A DNA stretch of 64,000 nt from a virus. Taxonomy: Duplodnaviria > Heunggongvirae > Uroviricota > Caudoviricetes. A model generated the notes under the pieces. That model had not been told where the DNA came from. It searched no databases and saw nothing but the letters and a program-made list of their open reading frames with translations. The stretch is taken from IMG/VR virus record IMGVR_UViG_3300042402_002792; one strand, written 5' to 3'. The translations under genes were made by a program, and so were the position numbers. The first letter of the stretch is position 1; each line of letters starts with the position of its first letter. Of this stretch, positions 1 to 12,400 are shown one piece after another.

Positions 1-146
1 GCAGTAATAGTATTACCCACAGACACATCTGACGAACTTAATGCTTGACCGTATCCGTTTGTATTCTGACCCATAACTGAGCTTACTGTAGCCCTAATTG
101 AATTAAAGTCAGTATTTTGAATTAATTGACCTACACCAGCTGCCAT
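1..146 (-). CDS. Partial virion structural protein (runs off left end)
   Basis: ATG at 146 after AAGGA; reads MAAGVGQLIQNTDFNSIRATVSSVMGQNTNGYGQALSS with no stop to the window edge; continues the minus-strand tail operon. Confidence 0.7.
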   Translation of the reverse strand, partial: MAAGVGQLIQNTDFNSIRATVSSVMGQNTNGYGQALSSSDVSVGNTIT

Positions 147-155
147 GACTTATCC

Positions 156-1289
156 TTATAATATAATTGCTTCTACTAGTTTAACGCTTGTGTCACTAGA
201 ACTTTCTAATGCAATAGCAAATACATCACTAGAATGATGAACTCCTACAACAGCGCATCCATCATTAGCAGCTATCAAATTGTCGCCTTTGCGTACTGCT
301 CCAACTACCTTGACAGGAACACGCCCTTTAAGAGCAACTGCTACTCCGCCTTCTAAATCTTTATTCATTAGATATGCAGGTTTTTCAGAAATAACGCCAA
401 TTGCTCTTTTGCCCCAAGCACTTAAAGTAATTTCTTTTTCGCCGCCTACTATCATTACAGTACCAACTGCATATTCAGCATCTGGCAAATAATTTTCTGC
501 TAAGTCAGCATACTTTGCACTTGACGCTACACCTTGAAATACATTTGCAAACAAGTCGCCAGCACCGTCTCTAGCAGCAACGGTATTTCCTGTTGCTGTA
601 GTAGCCGCACTTCGATAAGATCCATCAACTTTAAGTTGATCTGTCTTCAATGCATTACTAGCAGTACCCCAAATTCTATGTGTAGAACTAGTTACTCCGT
701 CATTACCTGTGTTAATAAATGTAGTGCCTCTCTTAATAACACTAAAACCAACAATAGGATTTAATCCAGAGTCAAGTGTAAACTCATCTGCACTAATAAT
801 AAAAACTGTTTCGTTATCAATGATTGCTTCAATGATAGCATGTAAGATACCACCGGTGTCTCTTACAGAACGAGACTTCATTTGGGTAATGCCAAGACCT
901 GATGCTGTTTCTGGACCAATTAAAACAAACTGTAAACCGTTCCATGCATATAGCTGATCATTAACAGTGTCAAACCAAAAATCTCCAACACTTAATCCGG
1001 TAGGTGCAGTAGCACTAATCTCAGCGCCACCACTAGTACGCCATTTTGTACCATCATAAAATTTTAATTTATTTGTAGCTGCATCAAACCAAATCTGTCC
1101 GCTAATAGGGCGGGGTGGCGCACTTGTGCCAGAAAAATTTTCTAGCAAATGCACAAAATTCTCGTTTTGTACTTCACCGTACCCAGCGTAGTTTTTTCCG
1201 ATTAACTTGAGATCTAAAGATGCATCAAGCGTTCCGTCCTCAACTACAGTAAGTGTTGTACCGTTCCATCTATCAATACTGTATGGCAT
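156..1289 (-). CDS. Tail fibre/baseplate-associated protein with C-terminal intramolecular-chaperone-like (peptidase G2-type) domain
   Basis: N-terminus LIGKNYAGYGEVQNENFVHLLENF..P..GQIWFD is shared with the next two ORFs; C-terminus has YADLAENY...PAYLMN...VALKGRVPVKV. Confidence 0.65.
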   Translation of the reverse strand: MPYSIDRWNGTTLTVVEDGTLDASLDLKLIGKNYAGYGEVQNENFVHLLENFSGTSAPPRPISGQIWFDAATNKLKFYDGTKWRTSGGAEISATAPTGLSVGDFWFDTVNDQLYAWNGLQFVLIGPETASGLGITQMKSRSVRDTGGILHAIIEAIIDNETVFIISADEFTLDSGLNPIVGFSVIKRGTTFINTGNDGVTSSTHRIWGTASNALKTDQLKVDGSYRSAATTATGNTVAARDGAGDLFANVFQGVASSAKYADLAENYLPDAEYAVGTVMIVGGEKEITLSAWGKRAIGVISEKPAYLMNKDLEGGVAVALKGRVPVKVVGAVRKGDNLIAANDGCAVVGVHHSSDVFAIALESSSDTSVKLVEAIIL

Positions 1290-1325
1290 TACATATACCC
1301 CTTAACTATCATATTTAGCTCAATC

Positions 1326-2408
1326 TTAGTGTAAATCTACCCACACATTATTTGCGTAGGCTTGTACTTTATTCACAGTAGAATTATAAATTAATTCTCC
1401 GTTTTCTGATGTTTTAGCATCTCTGTCACCTGTTGTATAAGTAGGCAACTTAAATGCAGATGATGCTCGTAAACTACCAGCAATATCTAGTGTATATTGC
1501 GGATTAGGTTGAAAAATACCAACTCTTTCTGTTAAAGATTTAATTGTTATAGCATCTTTAGTTATACCGCCACTATTTTTAATTCTTATAGCATAATCTT
1601 GACCTGTATTATTACTAGTCACTCTAAAAGATGATACATCAGCAGTGATTTCGTAATTCTGACTGGGACCTAATCTTAGTGGTAACGGGTTTGAAATTGT
1701 TATAGTACCGCTGGTATTTGTGTTCCCAGAAGTAGTCATAAAATCTTCTGCTGTTTTTATTTGTCCTAATGTGTTAACTAACGCATCAGACGATGTGGCT
1801 CGCACATGAAATTTCATTCCTGCTAAGTTACCAGCATTAAACCCTGGTTTAATTACCCCAGTAAATCCTGGAATAGCTACCTTTGGTTGAAAGTCAAATG
1901 TATATTTGCTAAAAATACCCAGTAATGTTTGAGCTACCCATAAGTAAACTACTGTTCGAAGAGAGCCAGCAGAATCATATATTGATTCTACAGTAAATCC
2001 AGACAATCCTTGACTGTCTTTATATATAGGACCTGCTAACTGAAGATCTGTTCCGTCGTAAAAAAACAACTGATTCTCAGCACTGTCGATCCATAAATCA
2101 CCTTGAACAATGTTCGATGGTTGTGTTCCTGATACTATAGGACCACTACCTATTCTAAATCCATTACCGTCATAAACTTTTAATCTATTTTGAGCACTAT
2201 CAAACCAAATTTGACCCATTATAGGATTATTAGGTTCTGATGTACTAGCAAAATTTTCTAAAAGCTTAACAAAATTTTCATTTAGAAATTCACCGTAACC
2301 TGCTACATTTTTTCCAACTAGAGTTAAGTCACAAGCTACTTGATCAACAGTACTATCAACAACTTCAGCTAATAAAGAACCGTCTGTTTTGTTAATTTTA
2401 TATGCCAT
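1326..2408 (-). CDS. Tail fibre/baseplate-associated protein (paralog of neighbours)
   Basis: Same N-terminal module (LVGKNVAGYGEFLNENFVKLLENF, GQIWFD, GDLWID); TAATG coupling with upstream gene. Confidence 0.65.
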   Translation of the reverse strand: MAYKINKTDGSLLAEVVDSTVDQVACDLTLVGKNVAGYGEFLNENFVKLLENFASTSEPNNPIMGQIWFDSAQNRLKVYDGNGFRIGSGPIVSGTQPSNIVQGDLWIDSAENQLFFYDGTDLQLAGPIYKDSQGLSGFTVESIYDSAGSLRTVVYLWVAQTLLGIFSKYTFDFQPKVAIPGFTGVIKPGFNAGNLAGMKFHVRATSSDALVNTLGQIKTAEDFMTTSGNTNTSGTITISNPLPLRLGPSQNYEITADVSSFRVTSNNTGQDYAIRIKNSGGITKDAITIKSLTERVGIFQPNPQYTLDIAGSLRASSAFKLPTYTTGDRDAKTSENGELIYNSTVNKVQAYANNVWVDLH

Positions 2409-4540
2409 TATATAATCCTACCAGTATAAATTATGTAGTTTATTGTTATGTATGGATTCATAACGTCTAAAGGAACATCTACAGTAGGAGCTTCTACTTG
2501 TCCAGCATTTACTAACATTCTAGAAAATCCATTAGCCATTTGTACAGATCTTCCTACTGCGTCTACGTCTGAAATACCTGTTGATCCCGTAACATCATCT
2601 GTAACCGCATAGAACTGAGTTCCATTTTCTCCAGTTAAATCGTGTGTATGTTCTGGAAGGTTAGCTACTAATATTTCTTTTTCTTGTGAACCATTTCCTA
2701 AACCTATTTCATCGGCAGTAATTGATGTTACACGATTAGCTGTTAAACTAGGATTACCGTCCTTATCTGTAGTAGTTGTTCCAAAAGACACACCAGTGGG
2801 TGCCAACGGAACTTGAATTCCGTTATTCATGTTATCTGCTCCTAGAGCAAATCTACCTCTTAAATCAGGTAATCTAAAAGTAGCAAGTCCGACGTATGGA
2901 TCTGGACCTTTATATGTATTTCCTATAACTGCATACAGTTCAGGGTACAAAGAAATTTGAACTTCGGCACCATCGCAAAACAGATATCCCTGTGGCGGAG
3001 TAAGGCCTGCAAAGCTTATAATTGACGCAATAGGTACTGTTGCTACGTTTGATAAGAAAGTTGTCTTTGATAATTTACGTAAACCTAATCCAATTCTATG
3101 TACAATTAATTCATCTGTTGTCAAGCTATCAAAAACTTCTGTTTTATTTGTAATAACGTTAGATGCTAAAGTTGTTGTAAATGTAGCAACGCCGCCGTTA
3201 TCTCCATCAAATGCAATTGTGTTACTGGAAACATCTCCTGTTAAACTGAAATTTGTTGCACTAGATAACTTAACTGCTGTGCCTGTTACAGAACCATTAA
3301 AAGCTCCACTAAATTCACCGATAAATTGTGTAGTTAAATCTGGATTTCCAACTGTGTTAGCATAAATTCTTTTATATCTTAAACTATTTGTACCAATATC
3401 GGAAGCATTATTTGCTACAGGTGTAATGTTAGTAGTTGATGTATCACCAGCTATAAAAAGATTGCCGCCTACTCTTAAATTTTTAGTAATAGCGGCGCCA
3501 CCTGAAGTAACAATACTACCGTTTGTTAAGTTTGTTGACTCAGTAGTATCTGTAACTATTATACCGTTACTAACTTTTATTTTTCCTGTTACATCTAGTG
3601 CTTGAACAGGATTTATATTATTAATTCCAACAAAGGATCCAGTAATAGTAAAGGCATCAACTAATGATCCGCCAGTACTTGATTTAATAAAAATACTAGA
3701 TCCGTCAGTTTTGTTAGCTAGTACTACTGCACCGCTTGCAGTTGACAAAACACCGTTAAGGTCTGAACCAAACGTTAATCCAGCATTGTTCCTAACACTT
3801 AAACCAAAATTTGTTAAACTAGCTACATCGCCTCTTAAAAAATTGTTTGCATCTAAACCTTCAGGGTATCCAGAAACTACTAATTTATTAGCTCGGTCTG
3901 CTGTACCCCAAAATTTATTATTAACAACGCCGTCGCCGTCAAAATCTTTTGTTGATATATTTAAACCCTGGTTAATTGAACTAAACCCTTCAATAACAAC
4001 TTTAGGTATAAATGTGTCTTTACTAAAAATAGCAACAACTTCGCCACTAACAATAAATTTAATAACTGTATGGCTAATGTTTAGTGTATCAAAGATAGCT
4101 TCAACTATAGGACCTGCTTGGGCGCCTTCACTAAACTGCGGACCGACTAAAATCCAGCTTGATCCAGACCATAGGTATAATTGCTGGTTAGCTGTGTCGA
4201 CCCATAAATCACCGATCACTCCAGTTGTAGGTTGAACAGTTTTCTTTGTAATATTACCAGCAGCTACCCACTTAGTACCATCCCATACTTTTAATTGAGG
4301 CTGTGCAGGATTATTTGTTATATTTGTGTCGTACCATAACTGTCCTATAATAGGATTTGATGGTGCAGATGCCGCAGCAAAATTTTCTAATAAATGTAAA
4401 AAGTTTTCTGCAATACTTTTGGCATAACCTGTATAATTTTTTCCAACAAAATCTAAACTTGTTTCTTGATTAACTGACTGGTCAGCAACTACAATACTTC
4501 CGTAATTAATTTTATCAGTGCGGTCGATTTCATATGACAT
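2408..4540 (-). CDS. Short tail fibre-like protein with tail collar domain
   Basis: Collar motif VPIASIISFAG..PPQGYLFCDG....YPELYAVIG...FRLPDLRGRF; C-terminal NLPEHTH and MNPYITINYII; shared N-terminal module. Confidence 0.8.
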   Translation of the reverse strand: MSYEIDRTDKINYGSIVVADQSVNQETSLDFVGKNYTGYAKSIAENFLHLLENFAAASAPSNPIIGQLWYDTNITNNPAQPQLKVWDGTKWVAAGNITKKTVQPTTGVIGDLWVDTANQQLYLWSGSSWILVGPQFSEGAQAGPIVEAIFDTLNISHTVIKFIVSGEVVAIFSKDTFIPKVVIEGFSSINQGLNISTKDFDGDGVVNNKFWGTADRANKLVVSGYPEGLDANNFLRGDVASLTNFGLSVRNNAGLTFGSDLNGVLSTASGAVVLANKTDGSSIFIKSSTGGSLVDAFTITGSFVGINNINPVQALDVTGKIKVSNGIIVTDTTESTNLTNGSIVTSGGAAITKNLRVGGNLFIAGDTSTTNITPVANNASDIGTNSLRYKRIYANTVGNPDLTTQFIGEFSGAFNGSVTGTAVKLSSATNFSLTGDVSSNTIAFDGDNGGVATFTTTLASNVITNKTEVFDSLTTDELIVHRIGLGLRKLSKTTFLSNVATVPIASIISFAGLTPPQGYLFCDGAEVQISLYPELYAVIGNTYKGPDPYVGLATFRLPDLRGRFALGADNMNNGIQVPLAPTGVSFGTTTTDKDGNPSLTANRVTSITADEIGLGNGSQEKEILVANLPEHTHDLTGENGTQFYAVTDDVTGSTGISDVDAVGRSVQMANGFSRMLVNAGQVEAPTVDVPLDVMNPYITINYIIYTGRII

Positions 4541-5151
4541 TATTGAACCTCACTTAAACCAGTTAAACTTTGAATTCGTACAGTATAATCAATTTGAATC
4601 AAACGATTTAAACTTTTTTGTACTGGATGAAAAATTACATGAGTTAACAACCGACTAGTCCCAGAAGTGCTATACGATTTAAGACCAAGTTCATCAAAGA
4701 TAAAAGTACTATCAGCATTGTTGGCATTGTCAAATGCATCTTGTGTACTAGGCTCACCGTAATCTAATAGACATGTTACAAAAACATCTGTATAATTTGT
4801 ACCGGTAACGTGTCTTGTTTCAATTTTGTTTCTTATAGGATCAGTATTAACACTTGATCTGTCATCAACTACTTTAGTATAAGTCTCGTTATACAAACTT
4901 GCGTTAGTTCCTGTACTATTAGGAGTTAAGTAAGTTATAATACCAGTTGGATCTATAGTAGTTCCACCGTTACCAAACGCCATTTCATAGATAAATCCTT
5001 GGCCAGCATTGGCAATACTTTCTGCAAGAGAAATACTCATATTCTCATAATGAATAGCATTACGTTTATTGATAGCGATTTCGCCCGTTTCAGGGTACCA
5101 AATTTTAATATGGCCTTCTATATGGATGCCCGATAAGTCTTTTCCTTGCAT
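4540..5151 (-). CDS. Conserved virion structural protein (baseplate region)
   Basis: Likely start MQGKDL at 5151 behind AGAGAG; TAAATA at 5174-5169; position in the tail operon. Confidence 0.55.
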   Translation of the reverse strand: MQGKDLSGIHIEGHIKIWYPETGEIAINKRNAIHYENMSISLAESIANAGQGFIYEMAFGNGGTTIDPTGIITYLTPNSTGTNASLYNETYTKVVDDRSSVNTDPIRNKIETRHVTGTNYTDVFVTCLLDYGEPSTQDAFDNANNADSTFIFDELGLKSYSTSGTSRLLTHVIFHPVQKSLNRLIQIDYTVRIQSLTGLSEVQ

Positions 5152-5197
5152 ATTTTCTCTCTTTAGCATATTTACCTATAGTTATAAACTGTGTATA

Positions 5198-5740
5198 TTA
5201 TAATACTACAGCATAAACTGTACCAGGTCCGGTTGAATCTTTATTTTCTAGGCTTTTAGCAAATACTGCGTTAGGAGAAAAATCACCGCTAGCAACTTCT
5301 GCATGGCCTGCTAGCTCTCCAGTAATCAGTAAATCTCCTTTTTGTACAGTACCTACTACTTTAACTGGAACTTTTCCTCGTAAAGCAACAGCCTGTCCTT
5401 CTGACAAGCTATTCATAATATAAGCTGGGTATTCTGAAATAACACCGGCTACTCGAGTATCAGCTCTGTTTGTTGTCACAGTTATTTCTTTATCGCCGCC
5501 AAAAACTACAACTGTAGCAGGTTCGTAAATTTGGTCTGCTTCATATTTTTCTGCTACGTCAGCATACTGTGCGCTTGTAGCAACGCCTCTAAAAACGTTT
5601 GCAAATATATCCGCAGAGCTATCTCTAGCAGGGATTGTATTTGGAACTGCAGGAACTGATGAAACACCAGCGAGCGAATCACCATCTTGTAATTCTTGTA
5701 TTGTTGATCCGTTTAAAACCAAAGGGTATCGAGTTGCCAT
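5198..5740 (-). CDS. Small protein made mostly of the intramolecular-chaperone-like domain
   Basis: ARDSSADIFANVFRGVATSAQYADVAEKY...PAYIMN...VALRGKVPVKV closely matches the C-terminus of 156..1289. Confidence 0.65.
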   Translation of the reverse strand: MATRYPLVLNGSTIQELQDGDSLAGVSSVPAVPNTIPARDSSADIFANVFRGVATSAQYADVAEKYEADQIYEPATVVVFGGDKEITVTTNRADTRVAGVISEYPAYIMNSLSEGQAVALRGKVPVKVVGTVQKGDLLITGELAGHAEVASGDFSPNAVFAKSLENKDSTGPGTVYAVVL

Positions 5741-5749
5741 TTTATTTCC

Positions 5750-6427
5750 TTAAGATATTAATGATACGTTTGTAATTGTACCTTGTCTTGTTCCCACAGG
5801 TAAAATACCTGTAGCTACATTGATATTGAGAACTGTACCTGCATTTTGAGTGATAGGTAAAAAGTTGTATGGAGTTGTCCAGTAAGGCGCAGTTGAAGAT
5901 GTTCCAGTTCCAGTTTGTGCTAAAAATTTCTTTACTGTAGTAATATTTCCAGGTAACAATGTAGTAACATTTGTAGTTAACTGATACGGAACTGATCCTA
6001 ACGATCCTCCAGAAATATTAGCAGTACTTACAGAAATTACGCCATCAATGTCAACTGTAACTCCTGCCCCAATTTTAACACCACCTAGTGTTAAATTTGT
6101 AGCTTTAGGTAATTGATAGTTAACACTAAGCACACTTGTTTCACTAATTGTTAATCCTGCCCCCACTCTTATACCGCCTAAGGTATCTGTTGTAGCAGGA
6201 GGCAAAACATATCCGCTGTAATTTCTTACAGAAAGCACACCAGTATCGCTGATTGATAGCCCGTTGCCTACACGAACAGCCCCTAATTTAGTCGAAGTGG
6301 CTTGTTCTACGATGTTTCTTTTAAGATCACCAAACGTGATCTTTTTTGTAATTGTGCCGTCACTGATCGGCACTACGTCTCTCTCTGCAGGTACTTCTAT
6401 CTTAGATAAATCTGAAATTCTTGCCAT
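5750..6427 (-). CDS. Fibre-like repeat protein
   Basis: Three ATxxxLG(G/A)(V/I)(R/K)(V/I)GxG(L/V)...V(L/I)SV repeats; probable start MARISDL at 6427, just after the stop of the giant ORF. Confidence 0.6.
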   Translation of the reverse strand: MARISDLSKIEVPAERDVVPISDGTITKKITFGDLKRNIVEQATSTKLGAVRVGNGLSISDTGVLSVRNYSGYVLPPATTDTLGGIRVGAGLTISETSVLSVNYQLPKATNLTLGGVKIGAGVTVDIDGVISVSTANISGGSLGSVPYQLTTNVTTLLPGNITTVKKFLAQTGTGTSSTAPYWTTPYNFLPITQNAGTVLNINVATGILPVGTRQGTITNVSLIS

Positions 6428-6428
6428 T

Positions 6429-9400
6429 TTAATCAAGCTCCAATGGTTCGCCGCCTTCGGTCATAAGTGTTGTGCCGTCGTCTGTAGCTAACACATATTG
6501 ATATTTATCCACCAAGTACTGTGAGAAAATAGCCTCAGTGTTACGAATAAACCTAGGAATATCACCATTATGATAGGTTAAATCTGTTCCATCAGGATGC
6601 CATAAGCTACCCTGACGCTTAACTACTACTATCTTTGTATCTGCTGGAACTTCTGCTGTTATTCTAACTGCATTAGTAGTTCCATTTACACTAAATTCAG
6701 CTTCATACTGACTATCTCCCTCTGGGCTATATGGGTATCCGTTTGATTCTTCAAATAATTTATAGTTTGTTTTCTTTAATCTGTATCCGCCTACAAATAC
6801 TTCAAGTTCATCAGAGCGTCCGTTATTAGCTGGTATTGTTTCAGTATACCATGTTACAGCAGTCTTTTTAGGTAGATAGTTTAAAGGTATAATGTTTGTA
6901 CTGCCATCACTGACTGTCGTTTCGACTACCTGTCGATCAACATACGGAATAGTTTCCGAATGACCTATATCAATTACATTAGTACGCACCCTGTGTAAGT
7001 TAGGTACCCCAGTGCCTAATGTTCCTCGTCTCAATTGACTTAAGACGTTTCCTGTTTTAACATAGTATTCTATTCTTTCGCCGTTTATTTCAATTATGCC
7101 TGGTAAATTAAGAGCAGGATTACCCGGACTTAATCTTGATCCGTCAACAACGTGTATTTCTCTGTCAGTTTGTAATAGATCTCTAGCCAATCGAGTAGTC
7201 TTAACTTTGCTAATTCTCTTATAATGAGTTCTGTTAAGCATATCTTTAAATTGCATATATGCCCAACTGTGATTAACAACACGATCACTTAAAATAATAG
7301 CATGAATTTCTGCATCCGATGGTGTAAATGGATTTGCTAGCTTGATAGTTTTTAAATCACTGTCAAGATAATAATCAATGCTATGAGCTAACATTTGATT
7401 ATTTTTTACAATCCATACATAGTCATCTGAAGCTACCATCTTAGGTAATTTGAACTGTCCGCCTTTTAGATCTTTAATTGTATAAAACTCATACATACTA
7501 GGATTAGTTAAAAATTCTAGTTGAGTAAATTCTAAAGTTCTTTCTATTTCTAAAACATCATGATCATAGAAAGTATAAACTCTAATTCTCCATCCCGGTT
7601 GTGGAGTAACTGTTACAGTTATTTGGCCATTTTGAACCTTGTACTGTGCTTGAGTGTAATTTGTTACTGTTAATCGAGCGCCCTCTTTATATATTGTATC
7701 TACTAAAACTACATTAACACCACTGTTGTCAAAATAATATTGACTTCCGTAAGTTAATTTTACTCCGTCAAGATAAACTTCAAAATCTGCAGGGTTAGCT
7801 CTAAATGCTTGAACCTTAGCTTTGCTCAACGGATAGATTAAATTGTTATTTGATAAATCAAAATATTCTGACGAGCCTGAATACTGAATTAAATCATTGA
7901 TTAAAACAATTACACTATTAGAATGTGGCTCATTAACTCCAACTGGATTATCTAATGTAAATGTCTTAGTGGAACCGTCTCCTATAAATTCTTGCATCTT
8001 AGTAGTAGATGTTTTTTGATTGTTATTTGCAGTAATTAGATAGGTAATTAAATCATCAGATGTGAATCCTTCTGCAAATCTTAAACCAACTTTTCCTGGA
8101 GACTCATATCCATCATCAGTTCTAAACACTACATGATTTACAGGTTCGCCATTTAATAAAACTACTGAGCCCATATTTTCAATATAGGATGCATTTGTAA
8201 TATATTCAGTAGTACTACCATCTGCAATAAAATAATTTGTATCTAAAATTTCTTGCCCAGCAACTCCTAATGTGATTACACTTACTATTTTCTTAGCTGT
8301 TGGTATCGATGTTAGTGTTATATTTTGTAATTTCCAATTAATTGTATAATCAACACCTTGAGCTAATACACGCCCGTCTAACCTAACAAAGACACTAGGT
8401 TTATTTGCTGGAATTTGAGGCAAACTATATTCAGCTGTTATTCCATCAGCAATATAATTTAAATATGATACTTTAGCTGAAGCAGATGTTGGCAACTGGA
8501 ATACTTTAATTGCTAGAGTATCTGTTATTTGTCCAGGTACTATTTCTTCTGGAGCGTGGCTAGTCATAGGCGTAACAAATTTGTCACCGTCTAATATAAT
8601 ATCATCTGGTGCTAGACCCGTAGCAGTTGAGTATATTAGATCTCCACCACTAAGTTGTGTATCATATTCTCCTGGAAGAGGAGCAACACTACCGTCACTA
8701 GTCTGTCTACGGAATATAATTTTATCCCCAGTATTAATGTCCAACTGCGGAGTATTAGTTAAGTTTGGTAAACTAAAAGTATCTGTTACACCGTTGCCGG
8801 TAATTGTACTCATTACTGTTCCAGCAGGTGCTATTGTTCTGCCGTTAGGTTGAACCGTGCTTCCGTCATATAGGTTAAAGTAAGGATCGTCTATTCTAGT
8901 TCCATTAACGTAAACATTAATTTTTTCGCCAGCTGCTGGTTTATATGGTAATGTAAATGTATATGTACTATCACCAACAACAACAATATAGTCATCAAAC
9001 GAGGCATCAAACCCGTCCCAGCTGTCAGTGAACCAAGGTAAACTATCCCATCCTCCGCTAATATTAAACCCTAAACCAGTAATATTAACACCGCCGTAAT
9101 CAATACCAGTCATTAATTGTGCTAGATCTTTACCGTACATTCCAGTTGTTGGATTATAATAAAAATTAATTCTATCAGCAGCAGATAAATGATGGAAATT
9201 CTTTTTGTATGTAATCTCTATAACATCTCCAGCTGCTGGTGCTGTAGTTAACGTTAATATACCAGAATAGCTAGTAAATCCTTTAGTTGTTGATTTTTTA
9301 GTTGTTAACGTATAGTCGTCTCTTAAAACTTCAATGTTGTTAACAGTCACACTACTTGTTCCTACTGTAGGATCTGGACTAAATTTTAATAAAAATTGTA

Positions 9401-12400
9401 ACTTTGATCCAGTTCCAGTAAATGTTTCTGTTTCAGTAATTTCTGACACATAGTAAGTTCTTGTAATTCTATCAAATTTTATTGCAATTTTATTAGCTCT
9501 GACTACTTCAGATTCTATAATAGCTACTGCTCTAGCTGCGGTTCCATTAACACTTAGACCACCGTCAACAATAATTGTAGGAGCTTTTAAGTATCCAGTA
9601 CCAGGTTTAATTAATTGTATTCTATTAACTTTTCCATTAGCAATGTATGCTTTTGCTTCTGCGCCGGCGCCGTAGCCGCCTTCAATTCGTATTACAGGAT
9701 TATCTATGTATCCACTACCGCCATCAACTAACTCAATATTAATAATTGTAAAGCCAACATTATCATACCAATGCTTCCAAGGATATGTTGTTAACTCATT
9801 ATCAGAGTATACAAGACCACCTTGGCCATCTAATCGAATACCTAACGGACTTACAGCAAATCCTTCATTAATTACAGGTAATAAATCAAAATCAGTAACC
9901 GATGATTGTGAAAGATCTAATTTTGAATAAGAGCTCACATACTCTCGGATTTGAGTTCTGTAAGGCTTAACTTCTTTTACATAATCTTCGTAATTTTCTA
10001 AATTGTCGCTGTTATAGTTAACTTTTTGTTTTAAACTACCGACATTATGCGTAGCTTTTACAAAACTAGTTTTCATTATCCAGTCAACAAATACCTGTTC
10101 ATGCAATACATATCTTAAACTTGCAAAAAATAATTTTAAGTATTCAACACGCAACTCATCAACAAACAATTTATTTTTAATTGTATCAATGATAATTCTT
10201 AATTCTGTTTCAGCTAGATTATCGTAAATAGCTGTATCAAATAAAGCACTATCGTATCCGATGTCACTAAAATCATATAGATTAGAATTAAATTGAATAG
10301 TACCGTTATTTCTACCCACAACAGAAAAGTTAAGAGTATAATCAATTGTAGTTAAATTATTATATTTTTGTAATAGTAACCAACCACCAGAACCCACATT
10401 GTTAACTTTTACTATATCTCCAATATTAGATTCTAACACTGCTAACTCGTAAGTATTATCAACAATATGATTAACTTGAGTAAACTGACTGTATCCGTTA
10501 GCATACCAATCAATGTAGCGCCAGTAGTTTCTTACATCGTAAGATTGACCTTTTAATCTATTCCATTGTAATGATTCTACATCCCAGTGGTATGTACTCC
10601 ATTTATTAAAAGTATTGCTATCACTTGATACTAATACCGTAAATGGTCTAATAGTAAATGTTGTATTGTTAGTATATCCTTCGCCTTTTTCTACAACAGT
10701 AACTCCTGTTACTTGACCGTTTTGATTGATAACAGTCTTAACAACAGCTCCTCTTCCAGTATTAGAAATTGTTATGTACGGAGCATTGATGTATCCTTGT
10801 CCCGGATTTACAATATATGCGCCAATAATTCTACCATTTTCAATAACAGGTTCTAATCTAGCTTGAATTAATGTTGCTGTTCCAACAAATCTTAATTCAG
10901 GCTCCGTGTCAATTTTTAAATCCCATGTCCCAGACATAGCAGAAGGAGGATCGTTAAATTTTAACAAATCGCTAAGATCGTAATCGTCAGCAACAAGTTT
11001 TAATTTTAGTACATTATTAACACGCTCAATAAATTGTTTTAACGCCTCAATTCTATTAACAAACATACTTTGTCTAGGTCTAAATGCAATACCATAACGT
11101 TGTTTTACTTGCAACTTGATATCGGGCACTGGTCTGTCATTTAGATCTTTACCAATCAAACTGTGTATCCACTTAGTTTCAATTTCTGGCGGTATCACTG
11201 TGTTCGGATGTTCGCTTAGTATCTTCCACTGACTGTGGGCATTAGTTTCAACAAAGTTTAAATTTACATTCCAATATTGTACTAATAAATTATGATCAGA
11301 AGATGATATTAATCTTTCAACATTGACAAGACTAAAAGAGTTACTACCTGTCAAAGCTAGGCAGGTATATCCTTCAGATGCAGGATCAGAAATAAGTCTT
11401 GAAACACTATATGCTGATAATTTTCTATTTGGGTGAGTTGGCATTACTGTAGGATTCTTTACCCAGTAATAATATATATTCTTAAAAGTTTTAGAAATTT
11501 TATCATAATTTTTCTTTATACTATAAGCACTGTCGCCATATTTTGTTAAGCCTGTGATACCTAAAATGCTTCCTCTATCACTAGAAGATATTTCGTCCCA
11601 CTCAGAAGGCTTATATTTGCTTTCTACCCATTCATAGATATCAATAGATGCTGTTTCGTATAATCGATTCCATGTAGTGTTTCTATAAACTACATCACCA
11701 GCTCCGTTTTCTAAGAATTTAGCCTTAGTTAAATCCCACCATAAGGTACCAACTTGTAAGTTAGTCCATTGCATACCTTCGTCAACATTTAAGCCTGTTG
11801 TTCCTAAAGAATATGTTGCAGGGTCAAAGAAAGTTTTGTAACTGAGCTCTTGCTCAGCTGGTCCTGCAATCTTTCCTTGTAACGGATCGACAAGATCGAG
11901 ATATGCTGTTAGTTGATTTTCTTTCCTACTATAGATATAAGCTTTTTTAATATTTTCTATATTTGGTCTTAATGCTTCTTCGTGATATACAGACCACGCT
12001 GATGATTGATGAGGTTTAGAGTATGCATAAACTTTACCTTCCTTAGCATACGTTCCTGTTTCGTTAGGAGCACCAATCATAATGTTGTTACTGTTAACAG
12101 CTATTGAATGTCCAAATAAATCTGATTGATCGTTCGATGTTGACGAAAATAGTGTTTCAGCAAAAATAAAATTATTGTTAAGTCGTTCAAACACATCTAC
12201 TCTACCAGCATCAATTTGAATGTCTACTATTCTTAATGTACCATTATCAATTGTTGTAGGAGTTTCTTGAACAGCAGATTCTGGATTGTTTACATAGCCG
12301 GTTAATATTTCAGAATAGATATCAAACGTTGTTCCAATTTCAGAATCGCCGTTAGCAGAAAATATTGCAAGGTTATCATTGTCTAATAACTTAACAGTTC

